Virus record (IMG/VR): IMGVR_UViG_3300042988_001200
Source: a virus
Taxonomy: Duplodnaviria > Caudoviricetes
DNA length: 64,000 nucleotides
Direction: 5' to 3' (one strand)
Both the position numbers and the translations under genes were made by a program. The first letter of the stretch is position 1; each line of letters begins with the position of its first letter. The notes under the pieces were generated by a model that worked only from the letters and a program-made list of their open reading frames with translations, was not told the origin of the DNA and did no database searches. Below, one piece after another: positions 1 to 8,038 of the stretch.

Positions 1-94
1 TCTTAGGTGCTTAACTATTTATAATCGATTACTTTGGGTTTACCGTTCCTTATCTACATAAATAAGAAGAGGATTTCTCCCCTTCCTAATTCAT

Positions 95-275
95 TACTCC
101 ATCCAGGATAGTAGATATCCTAGATAGGTATCCCACTCGGGACACATATCCAGGACACTACCTAAGTCCCCTGGAAGGAAGTTGGAAGCGGCTCTTAGAG
201 CCACCTCCAAACTTATCCTCCAGAATTCTCTTGGCACAACATTCTCAGAGGTTCGACACTAGTTCCTCTGCCTCA
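95..275 (-). ncRNA. Candidate structured RNA (run of hairpins); alternatively a 47-codon GTG-start ORF at about 93-237
   Basis: This is a GC-richer patch with consecutive stems on the minus strand. They are CAGAGG/CCTCTG (246-270), a long stem at 171-223 with core TTGGAGGTGGCTC-TAA-GAGCCGCTTCCAA, GTGTCCC-GAGT-GGGATAC, and AGGATA-TCTAC-TATCCT. Plus-strand C/A mismatches become G-U pairs on the minus strand. Confidence 0.3.
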
Positions 276-340
276 TAAAAAAGAGAGTTTATCTTTACTC
301 TTTCTTACAAGGTTTATCTTTTCTTATATAATTTACTTTT

Positions 341-1111
341 AAGAAAAAGGATTAAATTCTTATACTTAACTACTAAAGAGTTACTTAGTAAAACCAAGGA
401 ACTTTTATCTTCTTTAGTATTTTACTTATAATCTAAAGAAAAGGAAAGAACAGAGTTTTCTATTCTTACATTAAACTCTTATAGTTATGTCTTGACTTAA
501 CTAAACTATTAGTTAAAAGGTTACTTCTTTACCACTAACTCTATAGTTAGTAGCTCTAGAACCTAAACTTTTTTTAACTCTTAGAATCTACTTTCTTTAA
601 GAAGTAGAAGTATTAAGTAGTTAAAAGTAAGAAAAAGGATGGAAGATTTATTAACTTTCTTAAACTTAATTCTAAGTTTCCGAGTTAAATTTTTATTTTA
701 ACTAGTAACTAAGTAAAGAAAAGGCTATCTTTACTCTTCTTTAACAACTACATTCAGGGTTTAGAGTTACTTGGAAAGTAATTTCTTTAGAAGAATCTAG
801 AGTTAAGAAGTAGGTTTTAGCCTTAGAGTTCTTCTTAACTTTATTCTTTCTAGTCAAAAGACTTAACTAAGAAAAAGGAACTTTTAGAAGTTGAAGTAAG
901 GAGAAGAATCTAGAGTTAAGAAGTAGGTTTTAACCTTAGAGTTCTTCTTAACTTTATTCTTTATCTTCAAAAGACTTAACTAAGAAAAAGGAACTTTTAG
1001 AAGTTGAAGTAAGGAGAAGAATCTCTTCTTTCTAGTGTTTAAGGAAGTGAATTGTACTAGTAGAGAAAGGTTAAGTGGTACTAACTCTAGTAGTTGTAGT
1101 AAAGAAAAAGG
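341..1111 (+). repeat. Seven dispersed AAGAAAA(A)GG motifs in an ORF-free, AT-rich region
   Basis: Copies start near 341, 435, 629, 715, 869, 982 and 1102, all in the same orientation. No ORF of 60 aa or more lies in 1-1546. Confidence 0.7.
789..1024 (+). repeat. 113-bp tandem direct repeat (2 full copies plus a 10-bp start of a third)
   Basis: Units start at 789, 902 and 1015 with AGAAGAATCT. Copies 1 and 2 differ at 4 positions. Each contains the inverted repeat AGTTAAGAAG...CTTCTTAACT. 113 is not a multiple of 3. Confidence 0.95.
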
Positions 1112-1335
1112 AAGTTCAGTGTTAGTAAGTTTAACTTCTAGTTAACTCTTCGTCTAACTTAGTTCTTTAATATATTAAATATTTATGTAGTAATACCAGT
1201 AAACCCTAGTGTTCCAGAACTAAAGACTTATTAAAGTCCCGAGCCCGGGGGTAGGGGGGAGGGTATATACCCCTTAATAACCCTAAAAATCCCGCAGAGT
1301 AATTTACGAAATATGAAGATTTTTAGTTATATAAG

Positions 1336-1445
1336 ATATAACCATAATAGATATACCCCAGCTATTATTCCCTAAGTTATAAATTCCCCTTCGGGTATTA
1401 TTACACTTAGTGTAACTAGCTGGGGTATATCTATTATGGTTATAT
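1336..1445. repeat. Perfect 29-bp inverted repeat with a 52-nt spacer
   Basis: ATATAACCATAATAGATATACCCCAGCTA (1336-1364) is the exact reverse complement of 1417-1445. The spacer holds the small stems CCC-TTC-GGG and TTACAC-TTA-GTGTAA. Confidence 0.95.
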
Positions 1446-1546
1446 ATATTTAAGTTATATATATTAGAGTTATACAAATCTTATATAAGAATCTATATAA
1501 CCTCTTACATTTATATATAATATAGATACAATAACTTCTAGGCTAT

Positions 1547-3463
1547 ATGAAAGAAAGGATTAAAGTATTAAGAGAAGAAATCAAGAGGGCTAACTACGCT
1601 TATTATGAGTTAGGGGAACCTATAATGGAGGATTATGTATATGACAGTTTATATAGGGAACTAGAGGAGTTAGAGAAGGTCTATAGTAGTTCAATAGATA
1701 GTCCTACACAGGAAATAGGGGTAAGGAGTAGTAGTAATAAGATAAAGCATCATACTCCGTTATATAGTCTAGAGAATGCTTTTAGTATAGATGAGTTTAA
1801 GAGATGGGATAAGGGAAAGGAGTATATAGGGGAGTTAAAGGTAGATGGAGTTGCCATATCTCTTACTTATAGAAATGGAGTATTAGATAGAGCTTGTACT
1901 AGAGGGGATGGGTTAGAAGGAGAGGATGTGACAGATAATATAAAGAGTTTAGTTCCTTTAGTTATACCAAATCTAGTAGAAGTTCTAGAGATAAGGGGAG
2001 AAGCGTATATACCTTTAAGTAAGTTTAGGTCTATGAGTAGTGAGTTTTCTAATCCTAGAAACTTAGTAGCTGGTACTTTAAGGCATATAAACTCTAGAGT
2101 TATACAAGAAAGAGGTGTAGAATTCTACGCTTTTAGTGTTATACAGGCTTTGGATATTGGTTTAACTAGGCAATTTGAAGTTCTTAATTGGTTAGAACAG
2201 GTAGGGTTCAGTGTTAATAATAACCTTTTAATCTGTTCAACTATAGAGGAAGTTGATACTTTCTATAGATATTGGAGTAAGGAAAGAGAGACTTTAGACT
2301 ATCAAATAGATGGAGTTGTTATAAAGATTAATGATATTAGGCTACATAATGGAATAGGATTTACTAATAAGTATCCTAAATGGGCAATTGCCCTTAAGTT
2401 TCAAGGGGAGAAAGCTACTACTATAGTAGAGGAAATACATTATCAAGTAGGTAGAAGTGGGGTATTAACCCCTGTAGGAATATTAAAGCCAATAGAGGTT
2501 TCTAATAGTTTAATCTCTAGAGTTACTCTACATAATGATAAGTTTATTAAGGAAAAGGATATTAGAGTTGGGGATACTATAGTTATTCATAAATCTGGGG
2601 ATGTTATTCCAGAAGTAGTAGAGGTTCTATATTCTTTTAGAAGTAAGGATTCTTTACAATTAAGGGAGCCAAATGAGTGTCCAGAATGTAGTTCTAGGAC
2701 TATATATGATGGGGATTACAAGTGTATTAATCCTAGTTGTAAAGGGATATTAAAAGCTAGTTTACTACATTGGTGCTCTAGAGATTGTATGGATATAAGA
2801 GGATTAGGAGAATCTATTATTAATCAACTAGTTGATTCTAATATAGTAAAGTCTGTATCTCACTTATATAAACTAAAGGATTATCACCTTTTAGTGTTAG
2901 ATAAAGTGGGTATAAAGAGGGCTAACTCTATACTTCAGAGTATAGAAACTTCTAAGTCCAAACCATTAAACAAGGTACTTTACTCTCTTAACATTCCGCT
3001 TATGGGTAATACAACTTCTAGGTTAGTAGTATCTAAATACCCATCTATAGAATCTTTAATGGTAGCTTCTATATCTAATCTACAGGATATAGAGGGAATA
3101 GGAGAGGGAATAGCCACCTCTTTATATAATTGGTTACAGAATAATAAAGCGACTATAGATGAATTGAGGGAGGATGGATTATTGAGAGTAGAGTCTAAGG
3201 TTAGTCCAAGTAAGGGTTTAGATAAAGAAAAGAGGTTAGTTCTAGAGAGTAAAACCTTTGTACTAACGGGAACATTATCAATAACTAGAGAAGAGGCAAT
3301 TAATTTAATTAATATAAATGGAGGAAGGGTGGTTAATTCTATATCTTCTAAGGTAGATTATTTATTAATAGGTAATAATCCTGGGTCTAAGTATAAGAAA
3401 GCTATGGATTTAAATATAGATATTATAGATGAATCTAGCTTTTTAAATATAGTGAAGGTATAA
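1547..3463 (+). CDS. ligA: NAD-dependent DNA ligase
   Basis: Adenylation motif ELKVDGVAISLTY, TRGDG..GEDVT, EIRGE, NPRN, DGVVIK, PKWAIALKF, QVGRSGVLTPV, a Cys4 zinc finger, HhH repeats and a C-terminal BRCT (FVLTGTL...SKVDYLLIGNNPGSK). Confidence 0.98.
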   Translation: MKERIKVLREEIKRANYAYYELGEPIMEDYVYDSLYRELEELEKVYSSSIDSPTQEIGVRSSSNKIKHHTPLYSLENAFSIDEFKRWDKGKEYIGELKVDGVAISLTYRNGVLDRACTRGDGLEGEDVTDNIKSLVPLVIPNLVEVLEIRGEAYIPLSKFRSMSSEFSNPRNLVAGTLRHINSRVIQERGVEFYAFSVIQALDIGLTRQFEVLNWLEQVGFSVNNNLLICSTIEEVDTFYRYWSKERETLDYQIDGVVIKINDIRLHNGIGFTNKYPKWAIALKFQGEKATTIVEEIHYQVGRSGVLTPVGILKPIEVSNSLISRVTLHNDKFIKEKDIRVGDTIVIHKSGDVIPEVVEVLYSFRSKDSLQLREPNECPECSSRTIYDGDYKCINPSCKGILKASLLHWCSRDCMDIRGLGESIINQLVDSNIVKSVSHLYKLKDYHLLVLDKVGIKRANSILQSIETSKSKPLNKVLYSLNIPLMGNTTSRLVVSKYPSIESLMVASISNLQDIEGIGEGIATSLYNWLQNNKATIDELREDGLLRVESKVSPSKGLDKEKRLVLESKTFVLTGTLSITREEAINLININGGRVVNSISSKVDYLLIGNNPGSKYKKAMDLNIDIIDESSFLNIVKV

Positions 3464-3485
3464 ATTAAGTTTAAAGGAGAGGTCT

Positions 3486-3782
3486 ATGTATTATATCAAT
3501 TACTTAATAACCTATAAGATTCCTATTTCTTTTAGATGGAGTGTTATTTCTTATATTACCTATATAGCTCTATGGTTATCTTTTAGAGATATAGAAAGTT
3601 TAGAGATAAGATTTCATTATATATCTCTAAACTTTAATAGTAATATTTATCTATGCTTTTACTATTCAGAAGAAGGGTATATAACTAATACTAGAATAGA
3701 GGGGAGTATAACTCAATATACATTATTCTTTAACTTAAATAATCTAATGGATAAGATAAGAGAAGCTAAAAATTTAATCTAA
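3486..3782 (+). CDS. Hypothetical protein
   Basis: 98-aa ORF just after ligA and before a terminator; GGAG lies upstream. Confidence 0.55.
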   Translation: MYYINYLITYKIPISFRWSVISYITYIALWLSFRDIESLEIRFHYISLNFNSNIYLCFYYSEEGYITNTRIEGSITQYTLFFNLNNLMDKIREAKNLI

Positions 3783-3810
3783 TAAAGTACCACCCTCATT
3801 CTACAAGGAG

Positions 3811-3845
3811 ATACCCTAGTTATTGACTAGGGTATAACTTTTTAT
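3811..3845. terminator. Intrinsic terminator between convergent genes
   Basis: 10-bp stem ATACCCTAGT-TATTG-ACTAGGGTAT followed by a T run. Confidence 0.75.
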
Positions 3846-3852
3846 TTATATT

Positions 3853-4182
3853 CTAATATTTTAATTGAATATCTACTGGAAAGCCATGAGTACAGTGGTT
3901 ATTATTATATCCTCTAGTTTGGATATAGAATTCATCTTCATCAGTAGGGAAGTTCCTCATTAGATTATCTAGAAGAGTAATAAAGTTTGTACCTCTAGAA
4001 TCAATCCATTTGATTAATACTTGATTCTTATCTGTAGGCTTAATAGTTCCACATTTAGGATGATAAATAGTAAGAGGAAAGTCCCTAGAGTTAATATCAT
4101 TAAGAATCGTATAATCATCCAGTGCTAGAGAGGGACTAATTAAGGATAGAGTGATTAATACGGAAATTGGTAATGCTTTCAT
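3853..4182 (-). CDS. Small exported protein with a Cys pair; paralog of 11970..12287
   Basis: Signal-peptide-like N-terminus (MKALPISVLITLSLISPSLA), plus LTIYHPKC and GYNNNHCTHGFPVDI. Confidence 0.7.
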   Translation of the reverse strand: MKALPISVLITLSLISPSLALDDYTILNDINSRDFPLTIYHPKCGTIKPTDKNQVLIKWIDSRGTNFITLLDNLMRNFPTDEDEFYIQTRGYNNNHCTHGFPVDIQLKY

Positions 4183-4358
4183 ATCTTAGATAGACTATCA
4201 ATATAGTTAGTAATACAATCCTTTACTTCATATAGGGATTTACTAGAGGTAGTAAAAGACCCTTCTGAATCTATAATAAAACCTATGTATTCATTTCTAC
4301 TTCTCTTAATAATATAAAAGATTCCCTTATAGAACTCTTGATATTCATAAGAATTCAT
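4179..4358 (-). CDS. 59-aa protein with a HicB-N-like pattern (not in the ORF track)
   Basis: MNSYEYQEFYKGIFYIIKRSRNEYIGFIIDSEGSFTTSSKSLYEVKDCITNYIDSLSKI; its stop overlaps the next start as ATGA. Confidence 0.6.
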   Translation of the reverse strand: MNSYEYQEFYKGIFYIIKRSRNEYIGFIIDSEGSFTTSSKSLYEVKDCITNYIDSLSKI

Positions 4359-4370
4359 TATATATAGGTA

Positions 4371-4541
4371 TTAGTTATAATAATCCTTAATACTTTGAAT
4401 AAGGGTTTTAATAGTTTCATCTTTATCTTTTCCATTAGCTATAAGACTAAGGTTACTCTCTCTATATATAGCCACCCAGCCATCGGATATTTCCTCTATT
4501 TCAATAAGGTAGCCATCTATTATAAAGGTTTCTGGGTTCAT
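4371..4541 (-). CDS. 56-aa HicB-N-like protein (not in the ORF track); paralog of 5582..5788
   Basis: MNPETFIIDGYLIEIEEISDGWVAIYRESNLSLIANGKDKDETIKTLIQSIKDYYN; it abuts the upstream gene. Confidence 0.65.
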   Translation of the reverse strand: MNPETFIIDGYLIEIEEISDGWVAIYRESNLSLIANGKDKDETIKTLIQSIKDYYN

Positions 4542-5504
4542 TTATTTAGCCTCTAGTTCATAAAAGGAGTATGTATCTTCTAGTAAACAAAAGATTCTAT
4601 ATATAGAATTATCTATTGGAATATAATCTAAATCCAATATAGACTTATCTCTTTTCTCTAATATACTAATTTCATCTGTTATAGGTTCATATATATATAT
4701 AGAGTTAGTTGTAGTTACTATAAGGAAGATATTAACAAAGGGAATGCTTTTAATAAAGGATATAGACTCATTATTAATATTCTTAACAGAGACTAATGTT
4801 TCAGTTCCCGTATCATAATCAAAGTAAAAGGTATAGATATAACTATAATTATCAACCTTACATATATATCTATCACTAAGACTAATGTGTAAATAGTTAC
4901 AATCTAGTTCCTTTAACTCTTGGATATTACTTTCATTAATTAAAGTCTGAAGAGATACAAGGGTATTTATTTTCTTAATTGATATAGGAAAAGGTTCTTT
5001 ATTTAAAGATTCGTTATTTAAATCCTTAATTTGATATACATCAATAAAGCCCTTTTGGTCTAGAATAAAGAGATTGTTTTTATAGATAATGGATTTAAGT
5101 TTAGGATAATAGAGGTTTATGTAGGTTGTTTCTTCCTTTAATAGTTCATATATTACTATGGAAGTAGGTGTAAGTATGAATAAAAGGGTGTCATTATACC
5201 AATGGAAATCAATTATATTATCTTCTAGGGTTATTCTTTTAAAGAAGTTAGTATCAATATATCCATTAGAAAGGACTCTAAGAATGAATAAATCATTAGG
5301 GTCTTCTATAGAATTAAGGATTAGAAGTCCTCTAATTTTATTAACTAGGATTATATTAGAGGTAAATTCTAGGTAAACCTGTTCTATTATCTCATAATCA
5401 GTGTTGGTAATTGATAGATAGTTCTTACCATTCATTAAAGAAGTAATAACAGAAAGAGAGTTATTTATTAACTTACCATCTAATTGGAGTAATTCATTTA
5501 TCAT
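4542..5504 (-). CDS. Hypothetical protein, possible beta-propeller
   Basis: Repeated short hydrophobic beta-strand blocks (ISFIKSIP..IFLIVTTTNSIYIYE, ILDLDYIP). Confidence 0.5.
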   Translation of the reverse strand: MINELLQLDGKLINNSLSVITSLMNGKNYLSITNTDYEIIEQVYLEFTSNIILVNKIRGLLILNSIEDPNDLFILRVLSNGYIDTNFFKRITLEDNIIDFHWYNDTLLFILTPTSIVIYELLKEETTYINLYYPKLKSIIYKNNLFILDQKGFIDVYQIKDLNNESLNKEPFPISIKKINTLVSLQTLINESNIQELKELDCNYLHISLSDRYICKVDNYSYIYTFYFDYDTGTETLVSVKNINNESISFIKSIPFVNIFLIVTTTNSIYIYEPITDEISILEKRDKSILDLDYIPIDNSIYRIFCLLEDTYSFYELEAK

Positions 5505-5581
5505 TTATTGTTCTTTATAAAGTATTAACCTTTCTTATTAGGTTAAATAAGAAAGGTATATTTGTTATTTAATTGCTGTTA

Positions 5582-5788
5582 TTATAGGAGTTCTTGATGA
5601 AGATATATTACTAAACTATGGATAGCAGTATCTTTATCTGTATGAGATTTAGTAATAACTAGGCCCTTAGTTTTATAAGAAGCGCACCATTCATAGCCAT
5701 TTCCCTTTGGTAGAGTCTCTACTTCTATATAGTAACCATCAATAAAGAGACTCTCAATAGTATTACCAAACTCATTAGTTCTTACCAT
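5582..5788 (-). CDS. 68-aa HicB-N-like protein
   Basis: FIDGYYIEVE...WCASYK..GLVITKSHTDKDTAIHSL aligns with 4371..4541. Confidence 0.6.
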   Translation of the reverse strand: MVRTNEFGNTIESLFIDGYYIEVETLPKGNGYEWCASYKTKGLVITKSHTDKDTAIHSLVIYLHQELL

Positions 5789-6699
5789 AAATCTTTATTT
5801 AGAGGATTAATTAGACTCTTAGCTTTAACTAGAAAGGGGTCATTATGTTCTACTTTACTGCATATAAAGTCATATAGAACCCTAGCTTTATCCCATTTCT
5901 CATTTTCAATATAGTAATTCAAAGAATTAAAATGACTGTTAATGTATATTTCTCTTTCATTAAAGTTAAGTAAATCCCTATTTATTTGACTATAAAGTTT
6001 CCCATAACCCTTATATTCTTCTAGTTCATCCTTAACTAAGATAGTGGAACGGTTATAGTCACCTATTACATAGGGAGATTGAGTAGTAATAAAGAATTGG
6101 TGATTAGGGAAGTTATTGATAAGTAAATGTAGAATCTCACTCTGATATTTAATAGGAATATACCTTTCTATCTCATGGATAAATACTATTCCATTACTAG
6201 ATTTATTAATATTAAGAATAGAACTATAGTATTCCAATGGGGAATCCAATAAATTGGACTCTTCTATATCTCTTTCTCTAAACTTATTAAAGAGAAATAT
6301 ATTAAGGTTATCCTTAAATAAGACTAGATTATCCCATATATTCTTATAGGATTCATTCTCATTAATAACTATAAGATAAGAATTATTAATGAATCTAAGT
6401 GTTAGATTATTAATCCTAAACTCTATTAAACTATAGGAAGTCTCTGAATTAAAGGATCCTTCTATTGAGATAGTGTCTCCTAGTAAAGGACTATTACTAT
6501 ATAAATCAATAACTAAATCCCCTTGAATATCCTCATAAGTTCTCCAGTTATTTTCTTTTAACCCTAGTAGATATCTTAATGCTTTAACCATACTAGATAA
6601 AAGAGCGTTAGCTCCTTGAGTAATATCATCAAAAAAGAGGTTAACTCTGTCTATCTTAGTAGTAGAATTATTTAACTTTAATGATTTAATATGTAGCAT
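5782..6699 (-). CDS. Degenerate AAA_21/AAA_15 (PtuA-like) ABC-type ATPase
   Basis: The N-terminal HIKSLKLNN strand is present, but Walker A reads QGANALLSS (no GKS/T) and Walker B reads GIVFIHEIE. It also has YIPIKYQ..IL..L...FPNHQFFITTQSPYVI and a C-terminal helical tail ending DPFLVKAKSLI. Confidence 0.7.
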   Translation of the reverse strand: MLHIKSLKLNNSTTKIDRVNLFFDDITQGANALLSSMVKALRYLLGLKENNWRTYEDIQGDLVIDLYSNSPLLGDTISIEGSFNSETSYSLIEFRINNLTLRFINNSYLIVINENESYKNIWDNLVLFKDNLNIFLFNKFRERDIEESNLLDSPLEYYSSILNINKSSNGIVFIHEIERYIPIKYQSEILHLLINNFPNHQFFITTQSPYVIGDYNRSTILVKDELEEYKGYGKLYSQINRDLLNFNEREIYINSHFNSLNYYIENEKWDKARVLYDFICSKVEHNDPFLVKAKSLINPLNKDLW

Positions 6700-6703
6700 T
6701 AAC

Positions 6704-7168
6704 TTAATCCTCTTTAAGTAAATGTAAATAGGCTCTTATATCTTCTTTATTGGATAGAGTTGTAACATTATTAGAGTTAAGATTCTGAATAGCATCATTA
6801 AGAATGTCCTTTTTAAGTCTATTAAACTCTGGATTATTTAACTCTAATTGGTTTAAAACCTCATCTATAAATATATCAATAGTATATAAACAAAGCTTAT
6901 ATGTATCTAGTTCACCCTTAAGAAATAGATATAACCTTTTATGAATAGGCAGATTAATAGGTAAATCAAGGTATTTATATACAATATTTACTACATAATC
7001 CTTAGTTCTATTAGGTATATTATTCCAATTACTCTTAACTATGAGTCTTAGATTGGTTATAGATTCTATAAACTCAATAGGGTTATGTGGAAGTTTACCT
7101 TTATTAAATATACCTAGATAAGATAAACTTACTAGAGTAGAGGGGTGGATTAACATTTTCTTATTCAT
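6704..7168 (-). CDS. Hypothetical protein
   Basis: 154-aa ORF in the co-oriented run. Confidence 0.65.
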   Translation of the reverse strand: MNKKMLIHPSTLVSLSYLGIFNKGKLPHNPIEFIESITNLRLIVKSNWNNIPNRTKDYVVNIVYKYLDLPINLPIHKRLYLFLKGELDTYKLCLYTIDIFIDEVLNQLELNNPEFNRLKKDILNDAIQNLNSNNVTTLSNKEDIRAYLHLLKED

Positions 7169-7188
7169 ATTTAATCTATATAAAAGCT

Positions 7189-7220
7189 AATCTCCTAGTG
7201 TAGAAATATACTAGGAGATT
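7189..7220 (-). terminator. Intrinsic terminator downstream of the PatX-like ORF
   Basis: 11-bp stem AATCTCCTAGT/ACTAGGAGATT followed on the minus strand by AGCTTTTA. Confidence 0.65.
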
Positions 7221-7227
7221 ACTTAGT

Positions 7228-7414
7228 TTAGCTTAATGGAATGACTATAGTAAAGTTCTTTCTAACAAACTCTCTTCTTGAACCACCTCTATTAAGTTGT
7301 TTATCAGGCTTTTGGTATGTTTGAGCTTCTTTAGTGTTAAGAAGGACACTTAATACTAGACTTAGAACGAGGAGAAATCTCCTTGTTACTTTTTTAAATA
7401 CTACTTTTATTCAT
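7228..7414 (-). pseudogene. PatX-like signal-peptide mini-protein, one base out of frame with its ATG
   Basis: Frame 7410-7228 reads IKVVFKKVTRRFLLVLSLVLSVLLNTKEAQTYQKPDKQLNRGGSRREFVRKNFTIVIPLS*. The ATG at 7414 joins this frame if one A is removed from ATGAATAAAAGTA, giving MNKVVFKK. Confidence 0.5.
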
Positions 7415-7437
7415 AAAATAAGAGTAGTATCTATAAA

Positions 7438-7770
7438 TTATTTAAATCTACTTCCTGTAATAGGAAAGTTCTTTTCCCTCCAGTTCATATCATGTCTCTG
7501 AGGAATACTAGATACTTTATCTACTACTAGGTCCTCAAATCCATCTTCTGAATATACAACAACTTCATTGGAATCTATTCATTTGATTATGTCTTTAGCT
7601 ACCCAGGCTATATAGTCTATCCATTCTTGATTAGTATAGTCATAATTTAGATTATCTATAAGAGTCTTATAGATAAAGCCTGGGGTAAAGTCTACATCTC
7701 TCCAAGAACCCTTACCTAGGTCATATCTCTCATGGTTAATTGGTTTATATAGATAGTAATTTATACCCAT
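7438..7770 (-). pseudogene. Hypothetical protein of about 110 aa, interrupted by an in-frame TGA at 7579-7581
   Basis: The 63-aa ORF ends AKDIIK*. The same frame continues for 46 codons (IDSNEVVVYSEDGFED...GSRFK*). TGG at the stop would give IIKWIDS. Confidence 0.5.
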
Positions 7771-7803
7771 AGGTTTATTATTAGTTTATGAATATATCCA
7801 CAT

Positions 7804-8038
7804 TTAATAAATAACACTAGTGTCCCTCTTTTCTAATATCTTTATATCTATAGATTCTAGTTCTTTATTTGTGAAATAGACATTACCCATTTCACTTTCA
7901 AAACAAAGGGCTGGATAGTATTCTACTTCTTTACCATTCTCATCTCTAGATATAAAATATGGATTCTTTCTACTAGAGTCATATTATAGATTAAAGTTCT
8001 CTATATCGATAACATTCCAATCTAATTGTTAGCTTCAT
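7804..8038 (-). pseudogene. Broken small ORF (one frameshift and one stop)
   Basis: ATG at 8038 gives MKLTI. A +1 shift gives DWNVIDIENFNL*YDSSRKNPYFISRDENGKEVEYYPALCFESEMGNVYF...SVIY*. Confidence 0.35.

Noticed and set aside
246-270. GGTTCGAC as a tRNA T-loop
   Set aside because: No 5-bp T-stem around the 7-nt loop and no cloverleaf. I found no tRNA gene in the window.
789-1024. 113-bp repeats as a CRISPR array
   Set aside because: The units are contiguous with no unique spacers, are too long, and no cas gene is present.
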